Below, one piece after another: positions 37,193 through 46,835 of a DNA stretch of 64,000 bases. The stretch comes from Deltaproteobacteria bacterium (GTDB lineage: Bacteria > Desulfobacterota > Binatia > Binatales > Binataceae): assembly GCA_021794015.1 (NCBI GenBank), contig JAJYRQ010000003.1, forward strand, positions 54,900 through 118,899, in the 5' to 3' direction. The notes under the pieces were generated by a model. The model saw only the letters and a program-made list of their open reading frames with translations, searched no databases and was not told the DNA's origin. How positions within the stretch are numbered: the first letter of the stretch is position 1; each line of letters opens with the position of its first letter. The position numbers and the translations under genes were made by a program.

Positions 37193-37939
37193 ATGCCGGC
37201 ACGCGGGCGAACCGGGTTTGTATCAATGGCCGCGCCGGCGCTGCTGGTCCTGGTAGCTGCCGCCGGATGCGCCGGGCAGAAGCCGCCTCCGTCCGGGCCG
37301 GCCGCCGGACGCTCGATCGTTCACGTCGTCCGCCCCGGCGAGACCATCTACAGCATCGCTCAGCGCTACGGGGTCGGCGCGCGCCGACTGGCCGCGGCCA
37401 ATCGTCTCGGTGACGGGCAGAGCCTGCGCGTCGGCCAGCGGCTGGTGATTCCGCTCGGCGCGCCGGCCCCGGCGCGGGCCGCCAGGTTGGGGACGCCACG
37501 CGCGCCCCCGGTGCATCACGAGTTCGCCTGGCCGATTGCGGGCGGCCGTTTAGCCTCCGGCTTCGGCATCCGCAACGGAGCGATGCATCACGGCATCGAC
37601 ATCGACGCGCCCGCCGGCACGCCGGTGCGTGCCGCCGAGGCCGGCGTGGTGAGCTACGCGGGCCGGATGCGCGGCTACGGCAACGTCATTATTGTCCGTC
37701 ACGCCGGCGGTTTCGCCACCGTTTACGCCCACAACCGGGCCAACCTGGTCCGCAGCGGCCAGGCCGTGCGGCGCGGCCAGACGCTGGCGCGCGTCGGCAG
37801 CACGGGAAGAGCGACCGGGGCCAACCTCCATTTCGAGGTGCGCTACCGCAACGTCGCATACGATCCGCTGACCTGCCTGCCTGCGCCCGAACCGTCGCCG
37901 CCGCATTTTGCCCGCGCCGCAGAGCCGCTGTATCCTTGA
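37193..37939 (+). CDS. LysM-domain M23 peptidase lipoprotein (NlpD-like)
   Basis: Signal peptide plus lipobox LVAAAGC, LysM (HVVRPGETIYSIAQRYGV), and M23 motifs (HHGIDIDAPAGTPVRAAEAG ... TGANLHFEV). The pcm-nlpD synteny is classical. Confidence 0.82.
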   Translation: MPARGRTGFVSMAAPALLVLVAAAGCAGQKPPPSGPAAGRSIVHVVRPGETIYSIAQRYGVGARRLAAANRLGDGQSLRVGQRLVIPLGAPAPARAARLGTPRAPPVHHEFAWPIAGGRLASGFGIRNGAMHHGIDIDAPAGTPVRAAEAGVVSYAGRMRGYGNVIIVRHAGGFATVYAHNRANLVRSGQAVRRGQTLARVGSTGRATGANLHFEVRYRNVAYDPLTCLPAPEPSPPHFARAAEPLYP

Positions 37940-38000
37940 AGAGGCGAGTTGGGGCCACACGCCGCCGCGCCTTCGCAGCACAGGCCCCGGAGCACAAGCC

Positions 38001-38519
38001 ATGATGCCTGACCAACTGAAGCGCCTGGTCAGGGAAATCCCCGATTTCCCCAAGCCTGGCATATTGTTCCGCGACATCACCCCGCTGCTAAGCGACGGCC
38101 AAGCCTTGCGTTCCCTGGTCGATCTTCTCGCCGACCCGTTCAGAGGCAAGGTGGATATCGTGGTCGGCATCGAATCGCGCGGCTTCATAGTCGGAGCGCC
38201 CGTCGCCTACCGCCTCGGCGTCGGTTTGGCCATCGCGCGCAAGCCTGGCAAACTTCCCTTCAGCACGATAATGCAGAGCTACCAACTCGAGTACGGGTCG
38301 GCCTCGCTCGAGATTCATCGCGACGGCCTGGCACCGGCGATGCGCGTGCTCGTGGTGGACGACCTGCTGGCTACGGGCGGCACTGCCGAGGCAGCGCTGC
38401 GGCTGGTAAGCAAGCTGGGCGCCGAACCCGTAGGCTGCGCCTTCGTCATCGAACTGAGCCAGCTTAAGGGACGGCAGCGGCTGGCGCCGACCGAATGTTT
38501 CGCGCTCATCAAGTACTAA
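38001..38519 (+). CDS. apt: Adenine phosphoribosyltransferase
   Basis: IPDFPKPGILFRDITPLL ... GIESRGF ... VLVVDDLLATGGTA. Start set at the internal ATG 38001. Confidence 0.9.
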   Translation: MMPDQLKRLVREIPDFPKPGILFRDITPLLSDGQALRSLVDLLADPFRGKVDIVVGIESRGFIVGAPVAYRLGVGLAIARKPGKLPFSTIMQSYQLEYGSASLEIHRDGLAPAMRVLVVDDLLATGGTAEAALRLVSKLGAEPVGCAFVIELSQLKGRQRLAPTECFALIKY

Positions 38520-38580
38520 TGACCCCACGCAGCCATCCCCTCTGACCGCGCGCGCCACGGCAGGCTAGAGCCGCAGGACG

Positions 38581-39516
38581 ATGCGAAAGCCGGTTTCCAG
38601 TCGCCGTGCTTCAACCGCCCGCCCGGCGCCGGATGCGGCGCTCACCGCCGACCGGCGCCGGCTCATAACCGTTCTGCTGGTTACCGCTTTCTACTGCGCG
38701 GTCGAACTGGCCGCCAGCTATTATGCCGACAGCCTCGCGCTGCTCTCCGACGCGATCCATCTGCTGACCGACATCGGGGCGCTCGGTCTTGCGTTGCTGA
38801 CGCTCTGGATTTCCCGACTTCCGGCCCGCGGTGCGAAGACTTACGGCTACCTGCGGGCGGAGGTTCTCGGCGCGGTTCTAAACGGGCTCGCGCTCTGGCT
38901 CCTGGTGGCGTTCATCTGGTACAAAGCGCTGCGCCGGCTCGACCACCCTCCGGCGGTACAAGGCGGCGTCATGATGGGGATCGCCTGTCTCGGCCTGCTG
39001 GTCAACGGCTTTGCCGCCTGGATGACCCACGGCAGTCGCCGTCGCGGCGAAGTGGGGCTGGCCGTGAGCGGTGCCTTCGTCCACGTTCTTTCCGACCTGA
39101 TTGGTTCGCTCGGCATCCTGGTATCGGGCGCGCTGGCGCGTTTTTTCGGCTGGCGCGCGGCCGACCCGGCGGTGAGCCTGCTGATCGGCGTTCTGGTGCT
39201 TTACGGCTCATGGGGGCTCATCCGGGAGGGCGTCGATGTCCTGATGGAAGCGGTGCCGGCGCAGGTTGATCTGGAAGAACTGCGCCGCGACCTGCTGGCG
39301 CTGGGCAACGCCGAGGAAGTCCACGACCTGCACGTCTGGTGCCTTGCCAGCCGCCAGCTCGCGCTCTCGGCCCATGTGGTTGTCGGTCCGCACGCCGACC
39401 ACGACCGGGTGCTGGCCGACATTTCAGCCATGCTCGAGCGCGATTACAACATCCGCCACGTCACAATCCAGATCGAGCGCCGCAGCCGCCGCCCGCAGGA
39501 ACCGCAGCACTTCTAG
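38581..39516 (+). CDS. Cation diffusion facilitator family metal exporter (CzcD/ZitB-like)
   Basis: 311-aa ORF: ADSLALLSDAIHLLTD ... HVLSDLIGS ... a C-terminal cytoplasmic domain with HDLHVW. Confidence 0.88.
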   Translation: MRKPVSSRRASTARPAPDAALTADRRRLITVLLVTAFYCAVELAASYYADSLALLSDAIHLLTDIGALGLALLTLWISRLPARGAKTYGYLRAEVLGAVLNGLALWLLVAFIWYKALRRLDHPPAVQGGVMMGIACLGLLVNGFAAWMTHGSRRRGEVGLAVSGAFVHVLSDLIGSLGILVSGALARFFGWRAADPAVSLLIGVLVLYGSWGLIREGVDVLMEAVPAQVDLEELRRDLLALGNAEEVHDLHVWCLASRQLALSAHVVVGPHADHDRVLADISAMLERDYNIRHVTIQIERRSRRPQEPQHF

Positions 39517-39599
39517 ACCTGCCATGCGGAGGCTTCCGAGCGCCGCGCTAATCCTGCGGCCCGCCGGGGCGGGCGCGTTGTCCCCGACCCGCGCCCTGC

Positions 39600-40046
39600 T
39601 CAACCCTGGCTCGCTGCCACCCCCAGCAACGCGCCCAGCCCCGCCCGGGGCAACAGCAGGTCCGCCAACGTATACCGGTCCAGGGTGGCCAGGAAATTGT
39701 CGCAGGCCTCGCGCAACGCCTCTTTCAGCACGCAGGCCTTCGAAAGAATGCAGCGATTCTTTGCGCCGCGAAAGCACTCGACCGGCTCAAACGGACCTTC
39801 CGTGTAGCGTACCAGCGCCCCGACGTTAATCTGGGCCGGCGGCCGCGCCAGTTCGATACCTCCTCCTTTGCCCCGGTAAGTTTGCACGTACCCTCCGCGC
39901 GCCAAGCCGTGCACAACCTTGACCAAGTGGTTGCGCGAAATCCCGTAACGCTCGGCGATCTCGGAGATCAGGCAAAGCCGCTCCGCATGAATGCCGAGGT
40001 AGATCAAAACCCGCAGCGAGTAATCCGTATAGCGTGTCAATTCCAT
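39600..40046 (-). CDS. Rrf2 family transcriptional regulator (NsrR/IscR-like)
   Basis: MELTRYTDYSLRVLIYLG ... ISEIAERYGISRNHLVKVVHGLARGGY, plus a Cys cluster (C-x-C context: ECFRGAKNRCILSKAC). Confidence 0.88.
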   Translation of the reverse strand: MELTRYTDYSLRVLIYLGIHAERLCLISEIAERYGISRNHLVKVVHGLARGGYVQTYRGKGGGIELARPPAQINVGALVRYTEGPFEPVECFRGAKNRCILSKACVLKEALREACDNFLATLDRYTLADLLLPRAGLGALLGVAASQG

Positions 40047-40331
40047 GCTTCATCCGCCAGGGCGTTGCCCGCCCCTGCTCGCCCGCTCCCGCCAAAGCCG
40101 CGCTCGGCCGGCTTGCCGGGGCCGTTCGCGCGGCGTCCTGCACCCTTGCCGAGCGCCCTGCCAGAGCCCGATCTTCGGGGCCAAAGCGCGCTGGCGCAGC
40201 GGCCGGCGCGCCGCTGCGCCGTAAAGCTGTATTGCAGATTCATCTTAACGTGCGCTAGCATACTTGGCCAGAGTTTTCGACTGCCGTCGCGGCGCCGGGC
40301 CGTCCGTTTGCGGTCCAGAGGAGTTCACCCT

Positions 40332-40775
40332 ATGGCGAGTTACCAGGTCGAGCAGCTTTGCCGAGAGATCGTTTTCGGCACTCAGGACGCGGTCATCTTT
40401 GCCGACAGGGAAGGAATCATTCAGCTATGGAACCCTGGCGCAACTCGAATCTTCGGCTATGGCGCGCAACAAGCGTGCGGCAAGACGCTTGACCTCATCA
40501 TTCCCGAGAAGCTCCGCGACCGCCGCTGGGAAGGTTACCGGCAAACGATGGCTAGCGGTGAGACACGCTACGGGAGCAGTGTTCTGGCCGTTCCCGCCCT
40601 ACGCAAGGACGGCGCCCGAATCTCGGTTGAATTTACGGTAACCCTGATTCGCGGCGTAGACGGCGAGCTTCTCGGGATCGCGGCCCTGATGCGCGACGTT
40701 ACCGAACGCTGGGAGCAGGACAAAGCGCTTAGACAGCGCCTCAAACAGCTCGAGGGCGCTGCGGGCAAGGCTTAA
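40332..40775 (+). CDS. Stand-alone PAS domain protein
   Basis: MASYQVEQLCREIVFGTQDAVIFADREGIIQLWNPGATRIFGY ... a PAS fold pattern. AGAGGAG lies upstream of ATG 40332. The track ORF start (39882) is antisense to the Rrf2 gene. Confidence 0.75.
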   Translation: MASYQVEQLCREIVFGTQDAVIFADREGIIQLWNPGATRIFGYGAQQACGKTLDLIIPEKLRDRRWEGYRQTMASGETRYGSSVLAVPALRKDGARISVEFTVTLIRGVDGELLGIAALMRDVTERWEQDKALRQRLKQLEGAAGKA

Positions 40776-40973
40776 GACGAAGAGCCCCGGATGGCCACGC
40801 CCGTCCGGCAGCTTCGGGCAACCCTGCACGGCCTTGCTCCGGCGCGTACCAGGATTGGCAGCGCCGGGGCCGGAGGCCTGTGCCGCGGCTGCTCGGGGGA
40901 TCGCCCGCTTGCAGCCCAGCGCAAATGTCTCGACCATCTAAGGATAGCGCGACAACGCAAGGGCGCGGTCGGG

Positions 40974-41894
40974 ATGAAGCAGCTTAATTTCAGCTTGAAA
41001 CCCCTGGCGCCGTACGACCTCAGCTACTCGGTGTGGCTCTTGCGCCGCCGTCCAACTAACGAGCTGGACCGCTGGGAGGACCGAACCTACCACCGCGTCG
41101 TACTGTTCGGCGGCCGCCCCGTGGCGCTGGCTGTCACCCAGACCGGCCCGCGCGAGAGGCCGGAATTGGAGGTTTCGGCGCTGGGCAGAACAATCGGCCC
41201 GGCGGAAAAGCCGGCGCTGGCGCGGCTCTTAGCTCGCATGCTCGGAACCGAAGTCGACCTGGCGCCGTTCTACCGGACGGCGCGCCGAGACTCGCAGCTC
41301 GACGAACTCGTCCAGCGTTTTCGCGGCTTCAAACCTCCGCGCTTTCCGAGCCTCTTCGAGACCCTGGCAAACGCGATCTTGTGCCAACAGATTTCGCTCA
41401 ATGTGGGGCTGGCGCTTATCGGCCGCGTCGCCCGCCGTTGGGGCCTTGCGCTCGCGCCCGGCAACCACAGCCCTCACGCCTTCGCGCGGCCGGCCGACCT
41501 GAGATCAGCGCGGCCGCAGGACTTGCGTCGGCTCGGACTCAGCCGCCACAAGGCGGCCGCCTTGCTCAACCTGGCGGCTATCGCGGCGCGCGACGAACAG
41601 GCGATTGAAGGGATCGGCGCCTTGGGCGACGCGCCGGCGATGGAGCGTCTGCTGGCGCTGCGTGGTGTCGGACCGTGGAGCGCTGAGTACGCGCTGCTGC
41701 GCGGGCTGGGGCGACTGCATTTCTTTCCCGCCGGCGACGTGGCCGCCCAGAAAAACCTCGCCCGCTGGTTGGCCCTGGAGCGTCCTCCCGACACGGCCGA
41801 AACCCGCCGGCTGGTGGCGCGCTGGCATCCTTACGAAGGGCTCGTCTATCTTCACCTTTTACTCTTCAGCCTGTCAGCAAAGGGATACCTGTAG
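40974..41894 (+). CDS. HhH-GPD DNA glycosylase (AlkA-like 3-methyladenine glycosylase II)
   Basis: AILCQQISLNVG ... LRGVGPWSAEYALLRGLG ... FPAGDVAAQKNL (helix-hairpin-helix plus catalytic Asp). Start set at ATG 40974. Confidence 0.78.
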   Translation: MKQLNFSLKPLAPYDLSYSVWLLRRRPTNELDRWEDRTYHRVVLFGGRPVALAVTQTGPRERPELEVSALGRTIGPAEKPALARLLARMLGTEVDLAPFYRTARRDSQLDELVQRFRGFKPPRFPSLFETLANAILCQQISLNVGLALIGRVARRWGLALAPGNHSPHAFARPADLRSARPQDLRRLGLSRHKAAALLNLAAIAARDEQAIEGIGALGDAPAMERLLALRGVGPWSAEYALLRGLGRLHFFPAGDVAAQKNLARWLALERPPDTAETRRLVARWHPYEGLVYLHLLLFSLSAKGYL

Positions 41895-42060
41895 TGAGAA
41901 CGCCGCGCGCCCCCAAAAGCGTCCGCGCGCAGGCCAACGCCTCCGGCTTTCGGCCCAGGCCGACGCCGCCGCGCTGCGCCGAGCCGGACGCACGACATGC
42001 CCAGCGGCCAGGCCGGCCGCCTTTGGGCGGCGTGGCGCCTCTTGCCTTCGCTGTAGAAAA

Positions 42061-42075
42061 TGATAATGATTATCA
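42061..42075. promoter_or_regulatory. Fur box (perfect 7-1-7 palindrome) upstream of feoAB
   Basis: TGATAATGATTATCA at 42061-42075 matches the TGATAATnATTATCA consensus exactly. It sits in an AT-rich patch about 64 nt upstream of the feoA ATG. Confidence 0.75.
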
Positions 42076-42138
42076 ATAGCGGCCGGGCCGGCCCAAGGGG
42101 ATTGCTCTTCTTTCCCTGGCGCGGCAGGCGGCACGCCA

Positions 42139-42375
42139 ATGCGAATCTCGCTCAATCAGCTTCCCGACGGACAGGCCGCAGTGGTCGCCGAGATTCGCGC
42201 CGGCGGCTCTCTGATGGCGCGGATGACCGCCTTCGGCTTAAAGCCCGGACGCCGCATTCGAGTTATTCGCCGCGCCAACTGGCAGGGGCCGCTGCACGTT
42301 CGGGTCGGCATGACCGAAATCATGATTCGGCGAAGCGATGCGCAGAGCGTCCAGGTCGCGGTCGATCCCGCCTGA
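42139..42375 (+). CDS. feoA: Ferrous iron transport protein A
   Basis: 78-aa ORF. The SH3-like FeoA pattern LNQLPDGQAAVVAEI...RLMARMTAFGLKPGRRIRVI is present. Confidence 0.85.
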   Translation: MRISLNQLPDGQAAVVAEIRAGGSLMARMTAFGLKPGRRIRVIRRANWQGPLHVRVGMTEIMIRRSDAQSVQVAVDPA

Positions 42376-44290
42376 GGTCCGGCGGGTTGTGATCGTGGGC
42401 ATGCCCAACACGGGCAAGTCCACCCTGTTCAACCGCTTGACGGCCTCGCAGGCGCGCGTCGGCAACTGGCCCGGCGTCACGGTGGCCGCGCAAGCCGCCC
42501 GGATCGCGGCAGGCGGCGCGACGGCGGAAATCGTGGATCTGCCGGGAATCTACAGCCTGGAAGGCGGCTGTGAGGCCGAGCTCATTGTGCGCCGTTTTCT
42601 CGAGCGCGAGCCGATAAACCTTTGCCTCGTGCTGTTGCACGCCGCCCAGCTCGATCGGCAGTTGACGCTGGCCCTCCAACTCAAGACCCTCGGGCTCCCG
42701 CTGCTGGTGCTCCTCAACATGGCCGACGAAGCCGCGGCGCTCGGCGTTCGCATCAACGCCGCCCGGCTCTCGGCCGAGCTGGAGCTGCCCGTTCGGCTGA
42801 TCAGCGCCAAGTACGGCGGCGGGGTTGCCGCCGCCTGGCAGTGCATCGAGTCCCTTCTCGACGAGCGCCCGGGCGCTGCGCGCGCCGACGGGGCGGGCCG
42901 CCATGCGCGGGCGCAATCGGGGCGCCGCAATGAACTCCATCGCGTGCCGCAACGCGCCGAAAGCCTGCCCCGCAACGGACAGACGGCATGCCTTGGCTGC
43001 GGCGCCTGCCCTATGACTTGGGCGGCTGGCGCCACGGCGGGCGTCCCAGCCGCGGTCGCCGTGGAGCGGATTTACGCCAGCGCCGTGAAGGCACCCGACG
43101 ACCTGCCGGAGCGTCTGACGGCCCGTCTCGATCGCCTCCTGCTGCATCGGCAGCTCGGCTTGCCGCTGTTTTTCGTCACGGTTTTCCTGCTCTTCGAGCT
43201 GGTTTACCGGCTCGCAGCGCCGATGCAGGAGGGCATGGTCTGGGGGCTGGGCCGGTTGCGACTGGAGCTGCTGGAGCCGGCGCTGCGAGCGGTCCCGCCG
43301 CTGTTAAGGAGTTTTCTCCTGGAGGGGTTGTACAACGGCGTCGGCACGGTGCTGAGCTTCCTGCCCGTCATCGTTCTTTTTTTCGTTGCGATGGCGGCGA
43401 TTGAGGACAGCGGCTACCTGGCGCGCGCGGCCTTTCTGATGGACGCCGTGATGGCGCGGGCGGGGCTGGACGGAGGCGCCTTCGTAATCCAAGTGATGGG
43501 GTTGGGCTGCAACGTGCCGGCGATTTTGGGCACGCGGGTGATGCGGTCGCGCGCGCTGCGCCTGCTGACGATGCTGGTAATTCCTTTTTCGTTGTGTTCG
43601 GCGCGGCTGCAGGTTTTCGTTTTTCTGGCGGGCGCGCTATTTTCGGCTCGGGCGGCGCCGCTGGTTTTGCTCTCCTTGTACGCGGCCAGTTTCGCCGCTG
43701 CGGCGCTGACCGCTGTGGTCTGGCAGCGGCGTTATCGCAGCCCTGAGCCGCTTCTGCTGGAAATGCCGCCCTACCGGTTGCCCACTGCCGGCCATCTGCT
43801 GCGCCAGGCGCGGCGTGCAGCCGAGCATTTTCTGCGCCGGGCGGGCGGCTTTATCATCGGAGGCATGGTCGCCGTCTGGTTGCTCACTCATCTTCCCACC
43901 GGCGTCCCCCCGGCGGGGCCCGCGACTCTGGCCGGAAGGGCAGCGCTGCTTTTGGTCCCCGTTTTCAGGCTGGTTGGCATCGGCCCGCTGCTCAGCCTAA
44001 CGCTGCTGCTCGGATTCGCGGCCAAGGAGATCATCATCGGAGCGCTGGCCGTCATCTACCGGGCAGGCGATGCTAAACTGGCCGGGGTGCTGGCGGCCGA
44101 CCTCGGCTGGGTACAGGCCTACAGCTTTATGCTGTTCACGCTTATCTACACGCCGTGTCTCGCCACCGTGGCCGCCATCCGGCAAGAATCAGGCACCTGG
44201 CGTTTCACCCTGTTTGCCGTCGGCTGGTCGCTTACCTTGGCGTGGCTGGCAAGCTTTCTCTTCTACCAGGGCGCGCGAGCCCTGCTATGA
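42338..44290 (+). CDS. feoB: Ferrous iron transporter FeoB
   Basis: G-domain VVIVGMPNTGKSTLFNRLT ... DLPGIYSL ... NMADE, followed by a polytopic membrane domain. The start may be GTG near 42389 rather than 42338 (a 38-nt overlap with feoA). Confidence 0.88.
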   Translation: MRRASRSRSIPPEVRRVVIVGMPNTGKSTLFNRLTASQARVGNWPGVTVAAQAARIAAGGATAEIVDLPGIYSLEGGCEAELIVRRFLEREPINLCLVLLHAAQLDRQLTLALQLKTLGLPLLVLLNMADEAAALGVRINAARLSAELELPVRLISAKYGGGVAAAWQCIESLLDERPGAARADGAGRHARAQSGRRNELHRVPQRAESLPRNGQTACLGCGACPMTWAAGATAGVPAAVAVERIYASAVKAPDDLPERLTARLDRLLLHRQLGLPLFFVTVFLLFELVYRLAAPMQEGMVWGLGRLRLELLEPALRAVPPLLRSFLLEGLYNGVGTVLSFLPVIVLFFVAMAAIEDSGYLARAAFLMDAVMARAGLDGGAFVIQVMGLGCNVPAILGTRVMRSRALRLLTMLVIPFSLCSARLQVFVFLAGALFSARAAPLVLLSLYAASFAAAALTAVVWQRRYRSPEPLLLEMPPYRLPTAGHLLRQARRAAEHFLRRAGGFIIGGMVAVWLLTHLPTGVPPAGPATLAGRAALLLVPVFRLVGIGPLLSLTLLLGFAAKEIIIGALAVIYRAGDAKLAGVLAADLGWVQAYSFMLFTLIYTPCLATVAAIRQESGTWRFTLFAVGWSLTLAWLASFLFYQGARALL

Positions 44291-44673
44291 GGACACTTCT
44301 CGCCATGATTAGACTCAAACGCGCGTACGACCCGCCGGCGCCGCAAGACGGCGTTCGCGTGCTGGTTGACAGGCTTTGGCCGCGAGGCGTGAAGCGCGAC
44401 AGCGCCCAACTTAGCCGATGGATGAAAGAGATCGGTCCCAGCGACCAGCTCAGGCAGTTCTTCGGCCATGAGCCGGAGCGCTTCGAGGAGTTCCGCCGCC
44501 GCTACCTGAAGGAGCTGTCGCTTGCGTCGGCCAAACCTCAACTCGACGAGCTCCTGGCCCTTGCCCGCCGGGAAACCCTTACGCTGGTGTACGGCGCAAA
44601 GGACCCGCTCCACAACCAGGCGGTGGTGCTCAAAGGGCTGCTCGAGTCGCGCCTTAAGCGACAGAAAGGCTAG
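44287..44673 (+). CDS. DUF488 domain protein
   Basis: IRLKRAYDPPAPQDGVRVLVDRLWPRGVKRD...WMKEIGPSDQLRQFFGH...LVYGAKDPLHNQA. Its ATGA overlaps the feoB stop. Confidence 0.75.
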   Translation: MRTLLAMIRLKRAYDPPAPQDGVRVLVDRLWPRGVKRDSAQLSRWMKEIGPSDQLRQFFGHEPERFEEFRRRYLKELSLASAKPQLDELLALARRETLTLVYGAKDPLHNQAVVLKGLLESRLKRQKG

Positions 44674-44801
44674 GCTGTACCCGCAGCAGGTGCCGACCCC
44701 GGCGCAGGGGCCGGCGGGGCGCGCGATTGCGGGTGGACGATCGCTCAGCGTACCGGTGCCCCTCAGGCCCGCGGCCGGCATCTCCACGGTGGAGAGCGCT
44801 A

Positions 44802-45224
44802 ATGGAAGAAGCGCCGTTTTTCCGGGAAATTGAGCACGGCAGCGATTTGGCGATTGAGGTGTTTGCCCCCTCGCGCCTCGAACTTTTCGCAAGGGCCTTG
44901 GAGGCAATGGGCCGCCTGATGGTCGCTCCCGAAGGAATCGACCCGATCGAAACGCGGACCGTAGCCGTTGGTCCTGGAACCGACCAAGAGATGCTGCACG
45001 ATCTGCTGGCGGCAGCGCTCAACCTTTTTCTCATCGACGAGTTTGTCTGGACAACTGCCGGCGTGACGGAGAAGAATCATGGCCTTGAAGCCTACTTCAC
45101 TGGTGAGCGCCTGCGTGTCTGCCGCCACTGGCTGCTCAGCGAGATAAAGGCCGTCACCTACCATCAGCTAAGTATCGCGCAGCGCGAGGGTCAATGGCTG
45201 GCCCGAATCGTGTTCGATATCTGA
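44802..45224 (+). CDS. Archease
   Basis: MEEAPFFREIEHGSDLAIEVFAPSRLELFARALEAM ... EIKAVTYHQLSI ... ARIVFDI, the archease signature from memory. No rtcB is present in the window. Confidence 0.75.
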   Translation: MEEAPFFREIEHGSDLAIEVFAPSRLELFARALEAMGRLMVAPEGIDPIETRTVAVGPGTDQEMLHDLLAAALNLFLIDEFVWTTAGVTEKNHGLEAYFTGERLRVCRHWLLSEIKAVTYHQLSIAQREGQWLARIVFDI

Positions 45225-45288
45225 CCCCCTGGCCTGGCTCGACCCGGCAGCCCACAATGGGGCGCCCGCGATCGGACCGGCCTCGGCC

Positions 45289-46731
45289 ATGACGTTCAAC
45301 GCCGAGCGCTGGAGCGCGTTGGCGGCGGCCGGTGCCGCGCTCCTGCTCGCCTTTCTTGATGCCTCCGTCAACATCGCTTTTCCGGCGATTGGCGCCGCCT
45401 TTGGCGTTGGCGTCTCGAGCATTCAATGGGTGGTCATCGCCTACCTGCTAACGAGCGCAAGCTTAGTGCCGACGTGCGGGCGCGTGGCGGACCTTTGGGG
45501 CCGCCGCAGGATGTTGGTGGCTGGCGTAGCGACCAGTCTGGCGGCGCTAACGCTTTGCGGTCTGGCGGGGAGCTGGGGGTTTTTTCTCTCGTTTAGGGTC
45601 TTACAAGGGTTCGGCGCAGCGCTGATTTTCGCCAGCGCGCCCGCGGTGGTAAGCGCTAGTTTTGGTCCTGCCGAGTTGGGCCGCGCCTTGGGGATTCTCA
45701 ACATGGCCGGCTACGTCGGTTTCACCGCCGGACCGGCCGTCGGTGGTTTACTCGTGCAGTTGTTCGGCTGGCGATCGGTCTACCTGTTCAGGCTGCCCTT
45801 GGCTCTGCTCGCTGCCGGGCTGGGCTTGATGCTGGGGGCTGACAGCGTAGGCCGGCGCTCGCCGGGGCGCCGGCTCGGGCTAACGCCGCCTGTGCTTTTG
45901 GCCGCCAGTGTAACGGCTCTGCTGCTTGCCTTGAGCCTTAGCAGCCCGCAACGGCAGGCGCGCCTGCCCGCCTTGCTGCTCGCCGTTGCTGCGGCCGCAG
46001 GCTTGCTGCTTTTCGTTATCGCCGATCGGCGGGCGGCCTATCCACTGTTTGACCCGCGCCTTTGGACCCCGACCCTGGCCCTGGCGAATGCGGCCAATCT
46101 GGTTGCCAACGCCGCTCTCTTTGTGATCTGGCTGCTGGTCCCCTACTACCTCGTGGATTTTCTGCACTACGGGACCGGCGCGGGCGGCCTGCTGCTCGCG
46201 CCCTGCCCTTTCGGGATGGCGCTTGGGGCGCCACTCTCGGGCCTGTTGACGGACCGGATGGGCAGCCGCTGGCCGCAGCTTCTGGGGCTTGCCTGCGAAG
46301 CGGGCGGGCTTGCTCTAGCGGGCCGGCTCGGGAGTGCGGCCTCGTACCCTGCGGTGGCGGCGGTATTGCTGCTGAGCGGCGTCGGCATGGGCGTCTTTAC
46401 CGTGGCGAACATGAGTTTTGTCATGTCTTCGGTACGGTCCGACGCGCAGGGCGCAGCGGCGGGGACCGTATCGATGATGCGCACGCTGGGAATCGTTGTC
46501 GGCGCAAACACCGCGGCGTTGGTTTTCGGGGCCCGGCTGGCTTTCCACGAAGCGACCCTTGCTCGCCTGGCAAAGCCGCCGGCCGCGCTCAAGACGATAA
46601 GCTTTTTCGCCGCTTTCCGCGAAACTTCGGACCTCGGCGCGCTGCTCTGCCTGCTGGCGCTGCTCCTGGCCGCAGTGGCCACCGCCCGGCGCGTCGTCCC
46701 GCCCGCTTCAGAAGTGCCCGCGCGGTGCTGA
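45289..46731 (+). CDS. MFS transporter (14-TMS DHA2/EmrB-like)
   Basis: 480-aa polytopic ORF with GRVADLWGRRRML (MFS motif A) and LQGFGAALIFASAPA. Confidence 0.82.
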   Translation: MTFNAERWSALAAAGAALLLAFLDASVNIAFPAIGAAFGVGVSSIQWVVIAYLLTSASLVPTCGRVADLWGRRRMLVAGVATSLAALTLCGLAGSWGFFLSFRVLQGFGAALIFASAPAVVSASFGPAELGRALGILNMAGYVGFTAGPAVGGLLVQLFGWRSVYLFRLPLALLAAGLGLMLGADSVGRRSPGRRLGLTPPVLLAASVTALLLALSLSSPQRQARLPALLLAVAAAAGLLLFVIADRRAAYPLFDPRLWTPTLALANAANLVANAALFVIWLLVPYYLVDFLHYGTGAGGLLLAPCPFGMALGAPLSGLLTDRMGSRWPQLLGLACEAGGLALAGRLGSAASYPAVAAVLLLSGVGMGVFTVANMSFVMSSVRSDAQGAAAGTVSMMRTLGIVVGANTAALVFGARLAFHEATLARLAKPPAALKTISFFAAFRETSDLGALLCLLALLLAAVATARRVVPPASEVPARC

Positions 46732-46835
46732 GCGCGAAAACCCGCCCGCCGCGAGTCGAGTTGCCGGCGGCGGCCACGACCCACGCGGCCTTGTCTGCTC
46801 GGGGTCGCGGCGGCGTAGGTGAAGCCGCTTCTCTC

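Noticed and set aside
39559-39574. GC hairpin gcccgcc-gg-ggcgggc between the convergent CDF and Rrf2 genes, as a bidirectional terminator
   Set aside because: The loop is too small as drawn, and no U-tract lies on either strand. A function is plausible but cannot be supported from sequence alone.
42338-42375. The feoA/feoB 38-nt overlap as a possible frameshift or fusion site
   Set aside because: No slippery sequence is present. The overlap is more simply explained by a downstream GTG start for feoB, near 42389 just before the G-domain, or by ordinary overlapping coupling.
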